This document shows, one piece after another, positions 36,462-45,704 of a stretch of 64,000 nt of DNA. A program made the position numbers and the translations under genes. The stretch comes from Candidatus Doudnabacteria bacterium (lineage in GTDB: Bacteria > Patescibacteriota > Doudnabacteria > UBA920), in NCBI GenBank assembly GCA_016788665.1, contig JAEUSF010000002.1, positions 6,006 through 70,005 of the forward strand, given 5' to 3'. Each line of letters opens with the position of its first letter. The first letter of the stretch is position 1. Below the pieces are notes generated by a model. The model made no database searches. It was not told the origin of the DNA and was given only the letters and a program-made list of their open reading frames with translations.

Positions 36462-37760
36462 TTAACGACCAAGTCTTTTTTTAACCTCTTCTACTATTTT
36501 ATCATAAGAAATTATTTCCTGCATGCCGCTTTTTACATCACGCAGTATAACCATTTCTTCCACCGCCTCTTTCTGACCAATTATCAAAGCTATTGGAGCC
36601 TTTTGCGCCTCGGCAGCTTTCAGTTGATTCTTTACTCCCACATGGCCAAAGTTGTCATACACTACCACCTTGCTCATAGTCAGATCACGGAACAATTTTA
36701 ACGCACGCTTAGCCGCCAATTCCCCCAAAGGAACCAAAAAAACTTCAGACAAATTTTCCTGTTCAATTAGCACACTTGTCGAAACCACCAAACGCTTTAA
36801 AACCAACAAGCTGCCAACAAAGCCAAAACAACAATAGTTTTTTCCACACAAATTCTGAATTAAGTCGTCGTGATATCCGCCTTCACCCAAAATTACAGTT
36901 TTATCTTCAACTTTATATTTAATAGCAAAATTTGTCCTGCTGTGACCAGCCGCTCCGGCATAAAGCGGGTTTAACTGGTAAGCTATGCCTAGTTCATCTA
37001 AGGCTTCCAAAATATTTGTAAAGTGCTTATTAGAATCTTCGCTTAAAAAGTCCAAAACCGTAGGCGCTTCCGACACAACCGCTCGGCAGTCCAACCTGTC
37101 ACAACGAAGCACATTAAGCGGCCTATTTTGTAAATGCACATGACAAGCGTCACACAAATCCAGCTTCCTATTCTGCAAAAATTCACCCAAACTTTCCTGA
37201 TAAACCTTCTGGCAATTTGCATCACCAATATTGTTTATTTCCAAAATAGCTTCGTTAAGCCCTAAAGATCTTAAAAGCTCCCACACAGAAGCAATGACTT
37301 GCGCTTCTGCTAAATGTCCAAAATTCCCAAAAATCTCCATACCAAATTCCAAATCCTGCTCAACTATACCCTGGTTATGGTCTAACTTGCTAACAAAACC
37401 GCTATAATGGAATTTCTGAAAACTACCCTGTTCAAATAGCTTATGCTCATAGTAGGCTCTGAGCAAGGAAGGCAGAATACCACTCCTAACGGCAATATTT
37501 TGGCTCTGAGAAAGCGAACAGACCTGTTTAAACCTGTGAGGCCTTTCCCTATAAAACTGCTCGTATAATCTCAGCTCTTCCAATACTGGCAACTCTGCTT
37601 TAGAAAAGCCATATATATTGCACACTCTTTGAAATTTTCTCAGTATAGCATCATCTAGCGGGTCAGAGCCTGCTAAAATATCTGCCGAACCAGGCAAACT
37701 ACCCACTTTTTTTGGTACATATGCAGATGCTGTGCTGAAATTTTTTTTCGGTCTACCCAT
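36462..37760 (-). CDS. Class II aminoacyl-tRNA synthetase-like protein, divergent histidyl-tRNA synthetase family, with a HisRS/ThrRS-type anticodon-binding domain
   Basis: C-terminal ...PIALIIGQKEAVEEMVILRDVKSG... HGTP-anticodon-like domain; N-terminal catalytic motifs are degenerate. Confidence 0.45.
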   Translation of the reverse strand: MGRPKKNFSTASAYVPKKVGSLPGSADILAGSDPLDDAILRKFQRVCNIYGFSKAELPVLEELRLYEQFYRERPHRFKQVCSLSQSQNIAVRSGILPSLLRAYYEHKLFEQGSFQKFHYSGFVSKLDHNQGIVEQDLEFGMEIFGNFGHLAEAQVIASVWELLRSLGLNEAILEINNIGDANCQKVYQESLGEFLQNRKLDLCDACHVHLQNRPLNVLRCDRLDCRAVVSEAPTVLDFLSEDSNKHFTNILEALDELGIAYQLNPLYAGAAGHSRTNFAIKYKVEDKTVILGEGGYHDDLIQNLCGKNYCCFGFVGSLLVLKRLVVSTSVLIEQENLSEVFLVPLGELAAKRALKLFRDLTMSKVVVYDNFGHVGVKNQLKAAEAQKAPIALIIGQKEAVEEMVILRDVKSGMQEIISYDKIVEEVKKRLGR

Positions 37761-37860
37761 AGTTGTTTTTTAATCCTCAAAAAGAGGCCTTTTGAAGCTT
37801 AATCCTTTAACATTAAACTCTTAAAATTCTTTAATAGCGAAAATAAATAATAAGAGCTGA

Positions 37861-38604
37861 TTAATATGTAGCGCCTCTAATAATACCAAAATCCTCTACG
37901 GGCAAAACCCTCAAAAAGACCCTACCAACAATATCTTCTTTGGGCAAAACTCCCCACACCCTTGAATCGGACGAAGCGGGACGATTGTCGCCGAGCACAA
38001 AATACTCTTCACTGCCCAAAGTCAGTTTTCCATTTTTTCCAATAATACCTTGTGTCTGCAAATTCTCGGGCAAATAAGACTCATCGAGTTTGTAACCGTC
38101 TGGATGTTCTTGGTTATAAATAAATACTCCACCTTGAAATACCTGCACGGTTTCACCCGGCAAGGCAATTACTCTTTTTACAAAATATTGGCTCGTATCC
38201 TTCGGGTACTTAAAAACCAAAACCTCTCCCCTTTTAGGTTCTTCGCCTTTTTTTAAGTTTATCGAACCCACTTTCCAGTTCGAATAAGTAAATCTGTCTA
38301 CTACCAGGTAATCCTTGTCATGAAAACTTGGATACATAGAAGACCCAGACACAACAAACGGCTCTGCAACAAAAAGCCTAAAAGGTGCGGTTATTAAAAA
38401 AGCAATAAGAAATATTTTGAACAAATCCCAAAAAAAACCCGCTACCGAAGTGCCTGACTCGGGCGGGACAGACCCCCCAGATCCAGATGTTGATGAAATT
38501 TTTGTATTTGTTTCTTGGGAGTTCATATTTTTTATTAAATAAAGATACCTAATTTTAACAATATTTCCAGCGTAGTCAAGAGCCAGACTGCAAAAAAACC
38601 ACAA
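37861..38604 (-). CDS. lepB: Signal peptidase I (S26)
   Basis: SGSSMYPSF catalytic Ser box; ...VLGDNR...SDSR box. Confidence 0.8.
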   Translation of the reverse strand: MWFFCSLALDYAGNIVKIRYLYLIKNMNSQETNTKISSTSGSGGSVPPESGTSVAGFFWDLFKIFLIAFLITAPFRLFVAEPFVVSGSSMYPSFHDKDYLVVDRFTYSNWKVGSINLKKGEEPKRGEVLVFKYPKDTSQYFVKRVIALPGETVQVFQGGVFIYNQEHPDGYKLDESYLPENLQTQGIIGKNGKLTLGSEEYFVLGDNRPASSDSRVWGVLPKEDIVGRVFLRVLPVEDFGIIRGATY

Positions 38605-38750
38605 TTTTTCTTTTTCCGGTTAATGAATGGTTGCAAATACAACAATTACCGACGGCTTGTTATTAAAAAAACACCTTAAAACGCAATCTTGAGCTGTGCT
38701 TAGTTGTTATAGAGCAACCATTCAACATTGCCCTCAACGCAGTAAAGAAA

Positions 38751-38827
38751 TGGTGGACCCGACTGGGCTCGAACCAGTGACCTCGCCGATGTGAACGGCG
38801 CGCTCTAACCAACTGAGCTACGGATCC
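38751..38827 (-). tRNA. tRNA-Val (anticodon CAC), CCA encoded
   Basis: Manual cloverleaf: acceptor GGATCCG/CGGGTCC, D arm GCTC-AGTTGGTTA-GAGC, anticodon loop TTCACAT, T arm ACTGG-TTCGAGC-CCAGT. Confidence 0.8.
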
Positions 38828-39038
38828 GTTTATTTTATATAGACTCAAAAGATCTTCAAGTACATACCGCTCATTTGACTCCGGATTACCGAATTTTTTC
38901 AGACCGAATATAAAACAGTCTCATTTTAACAGGGTAGTCACAAACAGAGTTTTTATATTATAATAACAGGGCGCTACTTAATCAAGATATTGCATTTACA
39001 AGCTCGCTCTCAATATCGCAACACACTAAACTTAAACC

Positions 39039-40448
39039 ATGCCGCCCTTAGATTCCATACAAAAAAATAAAAAGTTTTCCTCCCCTCTAATACAATCGGC
39101 TTTCGCAGCACCAATAAAAAAACCTAAGCCGCAAAAAAACCGATTTTTAAAGTGGATGACACTTTTTGTTATTGCCACCGCTTTCTTTTTAGGTGGAACC
39201 CTTCTGCTTAAAGCCTACGGCCTCAGTGAAAAAATATTTGTCGGCAAAACCTTTACCTTTTGGGGACAAGTCAAGCAAATAGTTTCAGGCGACGAACAAA
39301 AACTCGTAGGCGAAGACTTGGGCCAAATCAATATTCTACTGCTGGGCGTGGGAGGCGAAGGGCACGAAGGGCCTTACTTAACCGACACAATGATGCTTGC
39401 ACAAATCCGGCCAGATATTGGCACTGTAAGCCTGACATCCATCCCTCGTGACTACCAAGTCACCCTGCCAGAAAACTTTGGAAAGCAAAAAATAAATGCC
39501 GCTTTCGCCCTAGGCTATGGCGGCAAAGAAATAAAAAACTTTGAAAAAGGTGGTGACTGGGCAAGGCAACAAGTTGAAAAATTGTCAGGCCTAAACATCC
39601 CCTACTTCGCTTTAGTAGATTTTTCCGGCTTTGAAAAAGCAATCGACGAAGTAGGAGGTATTCAAGTTGATGTTGAAAAAACATTTACCGATTCCGAATT
39701 CCCAAATAATTCACTAGGTTATTTACCCCCACAAACTTTCAAAGCAGGTCTCCAACAAATGGACGGAAAAACCGCTCTCATTTTTGCCCGCTCCAGACAC
39801 GGCAACAACGACGAAGGATCTGACTTTGCTAGAAGCAAACGACAAAAGAAAATAATTGAAAGCTTTAAAGAAAAAACATTGAGCTTAAACCTCATAAGTG
39901 ACTCTGGGACCATAAACAAACTAATTGAAGTTTTTGCTAACCACTTCCACACAAATCTTTCGCCTGCAGAAATTTTTAGACTTTATAAACTTAGCAAAGA
40001 AGGTAAATTAAATTCCATACTATCTTCCAGCTTAGACCCGGAAACCAAGTTGGTATGCGACGGTAAGGACCCAGATACAGGCGCATACATAATATTCCCC
40101 TGTTTCGGAAAAAATATTTCTGACATACAAACCTTTTTTAAAAACAGTTTTTCTGCAGGCCGGGTATCGGCCGAGGGGGCCAAAATTTGGCTGGGCAATT
40201 CTACCACAGACACAAAAAAATATGACCAGGCATACAAACAACTCACAGAGGCCGGAGCTATAGTTTACCAGGTGGGTTACAGTAAAGATTTTTTGCCCAA
40301 AACGGTAGTGTTTCAAGCTAATAAAAAACCCGCGACCGTGGAATTTATACTTAATATTTTAAATGCAAAGGAAGCAACCATCCCACCCAAAGACATGAAC
40401 ATCGACCCCGAAAAAGTTGATATTGTGGTAATATTGGGAGAGAACTAA
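39039..40448 (+). CDS. LytR/CpsA/Psr (LCP) family cell-envelope phosphotransferase
   Basis: N-terminal TM; ...INILLLGVGGEGHEG...TDTMMLAQI...SIPRD... LCP core. Confidence 0.75.
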   Translation: MPPLDSIQKNKKFSSPLIQSAFAAPIKKPKPQKNRFLKWMTLFVIATAFFLGGTLLLKAYGLSEKIFVGKTFTFWGQVKQIVSGDEQKLVGEDLGQINILLLGVGGEGHEGPYLTDTMMLAQIRPDIGTVSLTSIPRDYQVTLPENFGKQKINAAFALGYGGKEIKNFEKGGDWARQQVEKLSGLNIPYFALVDFSGFEKAIDEVGGIQVDVEKTFTDSEFPNNSLGYLPPQTFKAGLQQMDGKTALIFARSRHGNNDEGSDFARSKRQKKIIESFKEKTLSLNLISDSGTINKLIEVFANHFHTNLSPAEIFRLYKLSKEGKLNSILSSSLDPETKLVCDGKDPDTGAYIIFPCFGKNISDIQTFFKNSFSAGRVSAEGAKIWLGNSTTDTKKYDQAYKQLTEAGAIVYQVGYSKDFLPKTVVFQANKKPATVEFILNILNAKEATIPPKDMNIDPEKVDIVVILGEN

Positions 40449-40453
40449 ATTAT

Positions 40454-41839
40454 ATGAAAAACACCAAACCAATTGTGGCAATAGTAGGTCCCCCAAATGC
40501 TGGCAAGTCCACCTTGCTAAACAAAATCGCAGGCGGGCAAATAGCCGTAACCAGCGAAGTGGCTGGTACTACGCGCGACAGGCAATACACCGAAGTTTTA
40601 TGGAACGGACGGGCTTTTACCCTGGTGGACACAGCGGGACTTGACCTGGGCGCAGAGGGCGAACTGGAAACCAATGTGCAGAAACAAATTGAAAAGGCTG
40701 TAAAAGAAGCCGATCTGTTGGTTATGGTTGTCGACAGCAAGGAACCCGCAACAGCTCTTGACCATAAAGTTTTAACCACCTTTAGAAAACTTAAAACCAA
40801 AAAACTGCTGGCCATTAATAAAGTTGACTCCCCTAAAAGGCTAGAATCTTCCATAGAAACCTTCAAGCGTTTTGGCATAAAACCTGTTTATGCGGTTTCG
40901 GCCGTAACTGGCAGAGGCATTGGCGATTTGTTAGATGCAATTTTAGAACTTATCCCCGCTTCCACCGAAACCGACGAGCAAACAAACAAAGGCATAGCAG
41001 TGTCTATTGTAGGCAAGCCAAACGTTGGCAAATCCAGTCTTTTTAACAACATACTAAAAGACGAACGTGCTGTAGTTTCGGCCATACCAGGCACTACCAG
41101 AACAGCAATAGACGACCATATTGTAATAGACGGAACAGATTTTACTTTTATAGATACTGCGGGTCTAAAGAAAAAAGATCATCGTCAGTCAAAACCTGAT
41201 GTATTTTCTACTTTTCAAACCTTTAAAGCCATACGCCGCTCTGATGTATGTCTGCTGGTTATAGACGCCACGGAAGAAATAACCGTGCAGGACCAGCGCA
41301 TTGCCCGGGAAATATTGGACATGCAAAAAGGATGTGTAATTATTTTAAGTAAAATAGACAAATTTTCTCAGTCTGAAAAAAAGCTTGAAATTACCAAGCG
41401 CGCAGCCAGAGACGGAAAAAACCAATCCGACAACGAGTATGGAAATTTACAGGACTATGTCAGTCACCACTTTCCTTTCTTATGGATGTGCCCGGTATTC
41501 TTCGTTTCTTCCTTCACGGACGAAGGTATTACGGAAGCCCTAAAGGCAGTTAAGCCTATTTATGAAAAAAGAAACAAAGTTATAGACAACCAGACGCTGA
41601 GCGAATTTTTAGCCAGTAAATTAAAGACCAACCCTCCCAAACTCCTGCGCGACCAAAAACCGCCCAAAGTCTTCTCCTTAAAACAACTTGATTCCAACCC
41701 TCCGACTTTTGAGCTTCTAGTCAACCACCCCGCCGCAATATCATTGCAGTTCAGAAAATTCTTAGAAAATTCTATGATTAAAGAACTCGATTTCTGGGGA
41801 ACCCCAATAAAACTACACTTAAAGAAAAAAATTGGATAA
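40454..41839 (+). CDS. der: Ribosome biogenesis GTPase Der (EngA)
   Basis: Two tandem GTPase domains (GPPNAGKST and GKPNVGKSS) plus a KH-like C-terminus. Confidence 0.9.
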   Translation: MKNTKPIVAIVGPPNAGKSTLLNKIAGGQIAVTSEVAGTTRDRQYTEVLWNGRAFTLVDTAGLDLGAEGELETNVQKQIEKAVKEADLLVMVVDSKEPATALDHKVLTTFRKLKTKKLLAINKVDSPKRLESSIETFKRFGIKPVYAVSAVTGRGIGDLLDAILELIPASTETDEQTNKGIAVSIVGKPNVGKSSLFNNILKDERAVVSAIPGTTRTAIDDHIVIDGTDFTFIDTAGLKKKDHRQSKPDVFSTFQTFKAIRRSDVCLLVIDATEEITVQDQRIAREILDMQKGCVIILSKIDKFSQSEKKLEITKRAARDGKNQSDNEYGNLQDYVSHHFPFLWMCPVFFVSSFTDEGITEALKAVKPIYEKRNKVIDNQTLSEFLASKLKTNPPKLLRDQKPPKVFSLKQLDSNPPTFELLVNHPAAISLQFRKFLENSMIKELDFWGTPIKLHLKKKIG

Positions 41840-41968
41840 ATAAAAAGCCCCAAGATTTGCTAAATGCAAACCATGGGGCTTTTTTGTAAACCAACCCAAA
41901 ACCACCTACTACAAACGAAGTCATACAGTACGTACGGACTCCCCTTGTTGTTATGCTATAATACGAAC

Positions 41969-42541
41969 ATGAAAATTATAGTTGGCCTAGGCAATCCGGG
42001 AAAAAAATACGAGCTCACCCGTCACAACGTCGGATGGAAGGCTTTGGAATACATAATTTCAAATTTCAAACCAGCCCGAACTGTCGGTCATGGCGGGTTT
42101 CAAATTTCAAAATCTGAAAATAAATTTAATTCCGAAATAGCAGAAGATACAACCGGCGATGTTAAAATTATTTTTGTAAAACCGCAAACGTTTATGAACC
42201 TCTCGGGTTCGGCAGTAAGCGAAATTATAAATTATTATAAGATAAATACTCAAAACGACCTACTTGTAATTCACGACGAAATAGACCTCCCATTGGGCTC
42301 TATAAAGTTTACCAAGTCTTCTTCTGCTGCCGGGCACAACGGAGTCAAGAATATAATAGAAAATTTGGGTACACAAAACTTTTGCAGAATCCGGATAGGC
42401 ATAGAGTCCCGCAGCTCACGCGAACAAATCCCCACCGATGCATTTGTTTTACAAAATTTCAGCGAAGAAGACTTAAAAAAACTTAGCAACGATGTATTCC
42501 CCAAAACCCAAACCGAAATTGAAAAATTTTTAAGCTTATAA
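41969..42541 (+). CDS. pth: Peptidyl-tRNA hydrolase
   Basis: MKIIVGLGNPGKKYELTRHNVGW; terminator hairpin 42544-42575. Confidence 0.85.
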   Translation: MKIIVGLGNPGKKYELTRHNVGWKALEYIISNFKPARTVGHGGFQISKSENKFNSEIAEDTTGDVKIIFVKPQTFMNLSGSAVSEIINYYKINTQNDLLVIHDEIDLPLGSIKFTKSSSAAGHNGVKNIIENLGTQNFCRIRIGIESRSSREQIPTDAFVLQNFSEEDLKKLSNDVFPKTQTEIEKFLSL

Positions 42542-42576
42542 AACCACAATCCTTTAAAAGATCGTGGTTTTATTTT

Positions 42577-42611
42577 GAAATTTGATATTTGGCATTTGTA
42601 ATTTGATTCGC
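42577..42611. repeat. Heptad repeat element (GAAATTT GATATTT GGCATTT GTAATTT), near-identical to the one at 35567-35594
   Basis: 23 of 24 nt identity with the 35571 copy. Confidence 0.65.
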
Positions 42612-42878
42612 AAAAAAATGCCAACTACTTAAATAAAAGACCTAAAAAAAACTTTAGGCCTTAACTTAAGTAGTTGTGTATATTACCCTACCTGCAAGTG
42701 AGAGCATAATAGCAAACGCTACCAGTACTCTACTTGATGCTATGAGCAAGTGTTAGGAGGGATGTCACCTGCTTTCGCAACTTGCAAATAGGGAAATAAA
42801 CACAAACACACATAACTAATTTTCCTGATAAAACATTATATACCTTTTTAAGGTAATTGTCAAGCCTAAATACCAATT

Positions 42879-44003
42879 TTGCTTTTATTTATGCGGCAAA
42901 ATACAAAAAATTCACAAAATGCCCTATTTTTACACGGCCTAAACCTAATGCCAGAACTAGGCCCTGCGAGGCTAGTTAAACTTTCCTCAACATTTAGTGA
43001 ATACGAAAAAATTTACGGGTCCAAAGAAGAAGAATTAATCGCAGCCGGCTTTGAACAAACATTGGCGAAAAAAATTTTAAACCACCTAAAAACCATAAAC
43101 CTAGAGGAGGAAGCCGAAAAACTTTTTAACGCCAACGTTTCTCTGCTTACCCCCGAACACAACAACTACCCAAAGCTTCTACGGGAAATACCAAAATTTC
43201 CGCCCTTACTCTACACAAAAGGACACATGAACACCGAAGAAGAATTGTGCATTGCGGTTGTCGGAACACGACAACTTACTAACTATGGACGAGCAATCAT
43301 ACCCGACTTAATAGGTCCTATTGTAGAAAAAGGCATTACTATAGTTTCCGGTCTTGCGTTTGGAGTAGATGCCGAAGCTCACAAACAATCAATTTCAAAA
43401 CAAAAGCGAACAATCGCCGTTTTAGGTGGCGGGCTAGACAACTCAAGTATTTACCCAAAACATCACCAATTTTTGGCTCAGCAAATTTTAGACTCCAATG
43501 GTGCCCTCATAAGCGAGTATCCATTGGGCACCCCTAACTTTAAACAAAATTTTGTTGCTCGCAATCGTATAATTTCGGGCCTGAGTGTAGCTACAATAGT
43601 GATTGAATGCAGCTTAGACAGCGGAAGCCTTATAACTGCTAATCATGCTTTGGAACAAAACCGTCAGGTATTTGCCGTACCAGGACCTATTTACGCACCC
43701 ATGTCCAAAGGCCCTAACAACCTAATTAAAATGGGAGCAAAGCCCATAACCTTAGCATCCGACATTTTTGAAGAACTCAACTTGGAAAATTTGGAGCAGG
43801 AAAAAGAAAACGCTACAATTTTTGGAGACACACCCACTGAAACATGCATATTAAAACTTTTATCTAAAGAACCGGTCAATATAAATTCCATAATAAAAAT
43901 TTCTGGACTCTCACCCTCGGAAACAACCTCTGCACTAACATTTTTAGAAATTAAGGGAAAAGTTAAAAACTTGGGCGGACAGCAGTATATACTATCCCGA
44001 TAA
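42879..44003 (+). CDS. dprA: DNA processing protein DprA/Smf
   Basis: ...VVGTRQLTNYG...SGLAFGVDAEAHK... Rossmann-like DprA core. Confidence 0.85.
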   Translation: MLLFMRQNTKNSQNALFLHGLNLMPELGPARLVKLSSTFSEYEKIYGSKEEELIAAGFEQTLAKKILNHLKTINLEEEAEKLFNANVSLLTPEHNNYPKLLREIPKFPPLLYTKGHMNTEEELCIAVVGTRQLTNYGRAIIPDLIGPIVEKGITIVSGLAFGVDAEAHKQSISKQKRTIAVLGGGLDNSSIYPKHHQFLAQQILDSNGALISEYPLGTPNFKQNFVARNRIISGLSVATIVIECSLDSGSLITANHALEQNRQVFAVPGPIYAPMSKGPNNLIKMGAKPITLASDIFEELNLENLEQEKENATIFGDTPTETCILKLLSKEPVNINSIIKISGLSPSETTSALTFLEIKGKVKNLGGQQYILSR

Positions 44004-44035
44004 CACGCCAAATGCGATTGTGGTAAAATAAATCC

Positions 44036-45268
44036 ATGAATAAATACCATAAAATAATTTTAGCAATTTTATTTACCCTTGCCGTGCTTTTAGGCTTGGC
44101 TCAAAGGGAGCAAGACCCTTACATAAAAGATTCCGCCCTGAACTTTAAATCCGATTCCGAAACAGGCTCTGCGCTTTACAAATATATTAAATCCGCTGAA
44201 GACTTAGCTCAAAAAAAACAACCTTCCATAAAAAACGACCTTGATTTCTTGGCCGTTGGCGACATCATGCTTTCACGGAACGTTGCCGGAACTATAAAAA
44301 AATCCGGTGACCCGCTTCTCCCTTTTTCAGGCATGAAAGAAATTTTGAACTCCACTGACTTTAATTTTGGCAATTTGGAGTCTCCAATCTCAGGCAGCAA
44401 CGCTTTTAACAACACGGGTTCTTTGGTCTTTAACGCACCCACAACTTATACCACGGGTTTATATAAATATAATTTTCAAGTTTTAAGCCTGGCAAACAAC
44501 CATGCTCTGGACCAAGGCGAAAAAGGTTTGTTTCATACTTTAGATTTTTTAAAAGAAAAAGGAGTTAAGACAGCAGGAGCAGGAAAAAATTTAGAAGCAG
44601 CTTGGCAGCCAGCTGTTGTTGAAAAAAACGGGATTAAAATTTGTTTTGTTGCAGCTTCTTATTCTTCGGTTAATGACAACGGAAAGGCGGTTAATGATTT
44701 TGTCGCCCGAATTCAAGACATTAAAAGTCTTAAATCCTCTATTGTAAATATTAAATCTAATTGCGACTTTGTTGTTGCAACCATGCATGGGGGCACAGAA
44801 TACATTACAAAACCTAACCAAACCCAAATTGATTTTGCACACGCCGCAATAGACGCTGGAGCAGACATGGTTATAGGCCACCACCCTCACTGGATACAAA
44901 CCATAGAACGCTATTGTCCCAATAGCGCAACCATATCGGACCCCCCATCTCCCTTTAGGGGAGAAGGGGCGGGGGATGAGGGTAACAATCCATGCCCCAC
45001 CCCAAAACTAATTTTCTACTCACTTGGCAACTTTATTTTTGACCAAATGTGGAGCCAAGAAACACGCGAAGGCCTGGCGTTAAAAATTAAGGTGTCAAAA
45101 ATAAAAAATCAAAATGAACTCCAAGGACCCAAGGTTGCAGCTGTTTTAGAGTCGGTAGAATTAATACCGGTCATAATAGATAATTACTCAACCCCGAGAC
45201 CTGCAAATGCGGAAGAAGCAAAAAAAGTCTTAGCCAAAATTGGCGAAACAAAAAATATATTAAAATAA
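44036..45268 (+). CDS. CapA/PgsA-type metallophosphatase family protein with an in-frame low-complexity insertion
   Basis: LAVGDIML..., HGGTEY, GHHPHW motifs; about 25 aa of GC-rich inserted segment at 44925-45000. Confidence 0.6.
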   Translation: MNKYHKIILAILFTLAVLLGLAQREQDPYIKDSALNFKSDSETGSALYKYIKSAEDLAQKKQPSIKNDLDFLAVGDIMLSRNVAGTIKKSGDPLLPFSGMKEILNSTDFNFGNLESPISGSNAFNNTGSLVFNAPTTYTTGLYKYNFQVLSLANNHALDQGEKGLFHTLDFLKEKGVKTAGAGKNLEAAWQPAVVEKNGIKICFVAASYSSVNDNGKAVNDFVARIQDIKSLKSSIVNIKSNCDFVVATMHGGTEYITKPNQTQIDFAHAAIDAGADMVIGHHPHWIQTIERYCPNSATISDPPSPFRGEGAGDEGNNPCPTPKLIFYSLGNFIFDQMWSQETREGLALKIKVSKIKNQNELQGPKVAAVLESVELIPVIIDNYSTPRPANAEEAKKVLAKIGETKNILK

Positions 45269-45661
45269 AAAAGGCTTCCTTACAAAGCCTGCAAATTCAG
45301 AAGCTTACCACTTCAACAAACGCGTCCAACACCACAACGACGCCCTCAGGGTGACGTGCTGCCAAAGCAATTAGAAAGGCTAAGCCTAGAAGAAGACCTA
45401 GACTGAGCAAGAAATCCCTGCTCATTAAATATTCCTTCATCTTTCCCCCTAATTATACTCTACGAGTGAGGTAATAATGCGTGCCCAGATTTTATCACAC
45501 ACCCAAACAAAAAAACTCACCAAGCCCAACAACACACCTGCCACGGCCTTGTCATGGAAAAATTATAACAAATAATAGTGTTCTGTAAATATTTTATACA
45601 AAAATTTTGTCGGGTGTTTGACAAATATTTACCGAATCAGTAGAATCACTTTTGTACTTGT

Positions 45662-45704
45662 TGAAAATTCTTACTTCATAATTCTTACTTCATAATTCCA
45701 TTCC
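45662..45704 (+). repeat. Heptad repeat leader (AAAATTC TTACTTC ATAATTC TTACTTC ATAATTC) abutting the topA start
   Basis: Perfect 14-bp tandem duplication; shared with the ftsA leader. Confidence 0.7.

Noticed and set aside
38663-38848. 61-aa ORF on the minus strand
   Set aside because: It overlaps the tRNA-Val gene (38751-38827); it is an ORF-finder artefact.
45296-45436. 46-aa hydrophobic peptide ORF (MKEYLMSRDFLLSLGLLLGLAFLIALAARHPEGVVVVLDAFVEVVSF) on the minus strand after capA
   Set aside because: It has no SD and is short. It lies in a locally GC-rich stretch that would generate ORFs by chance. It is kept only as a note.
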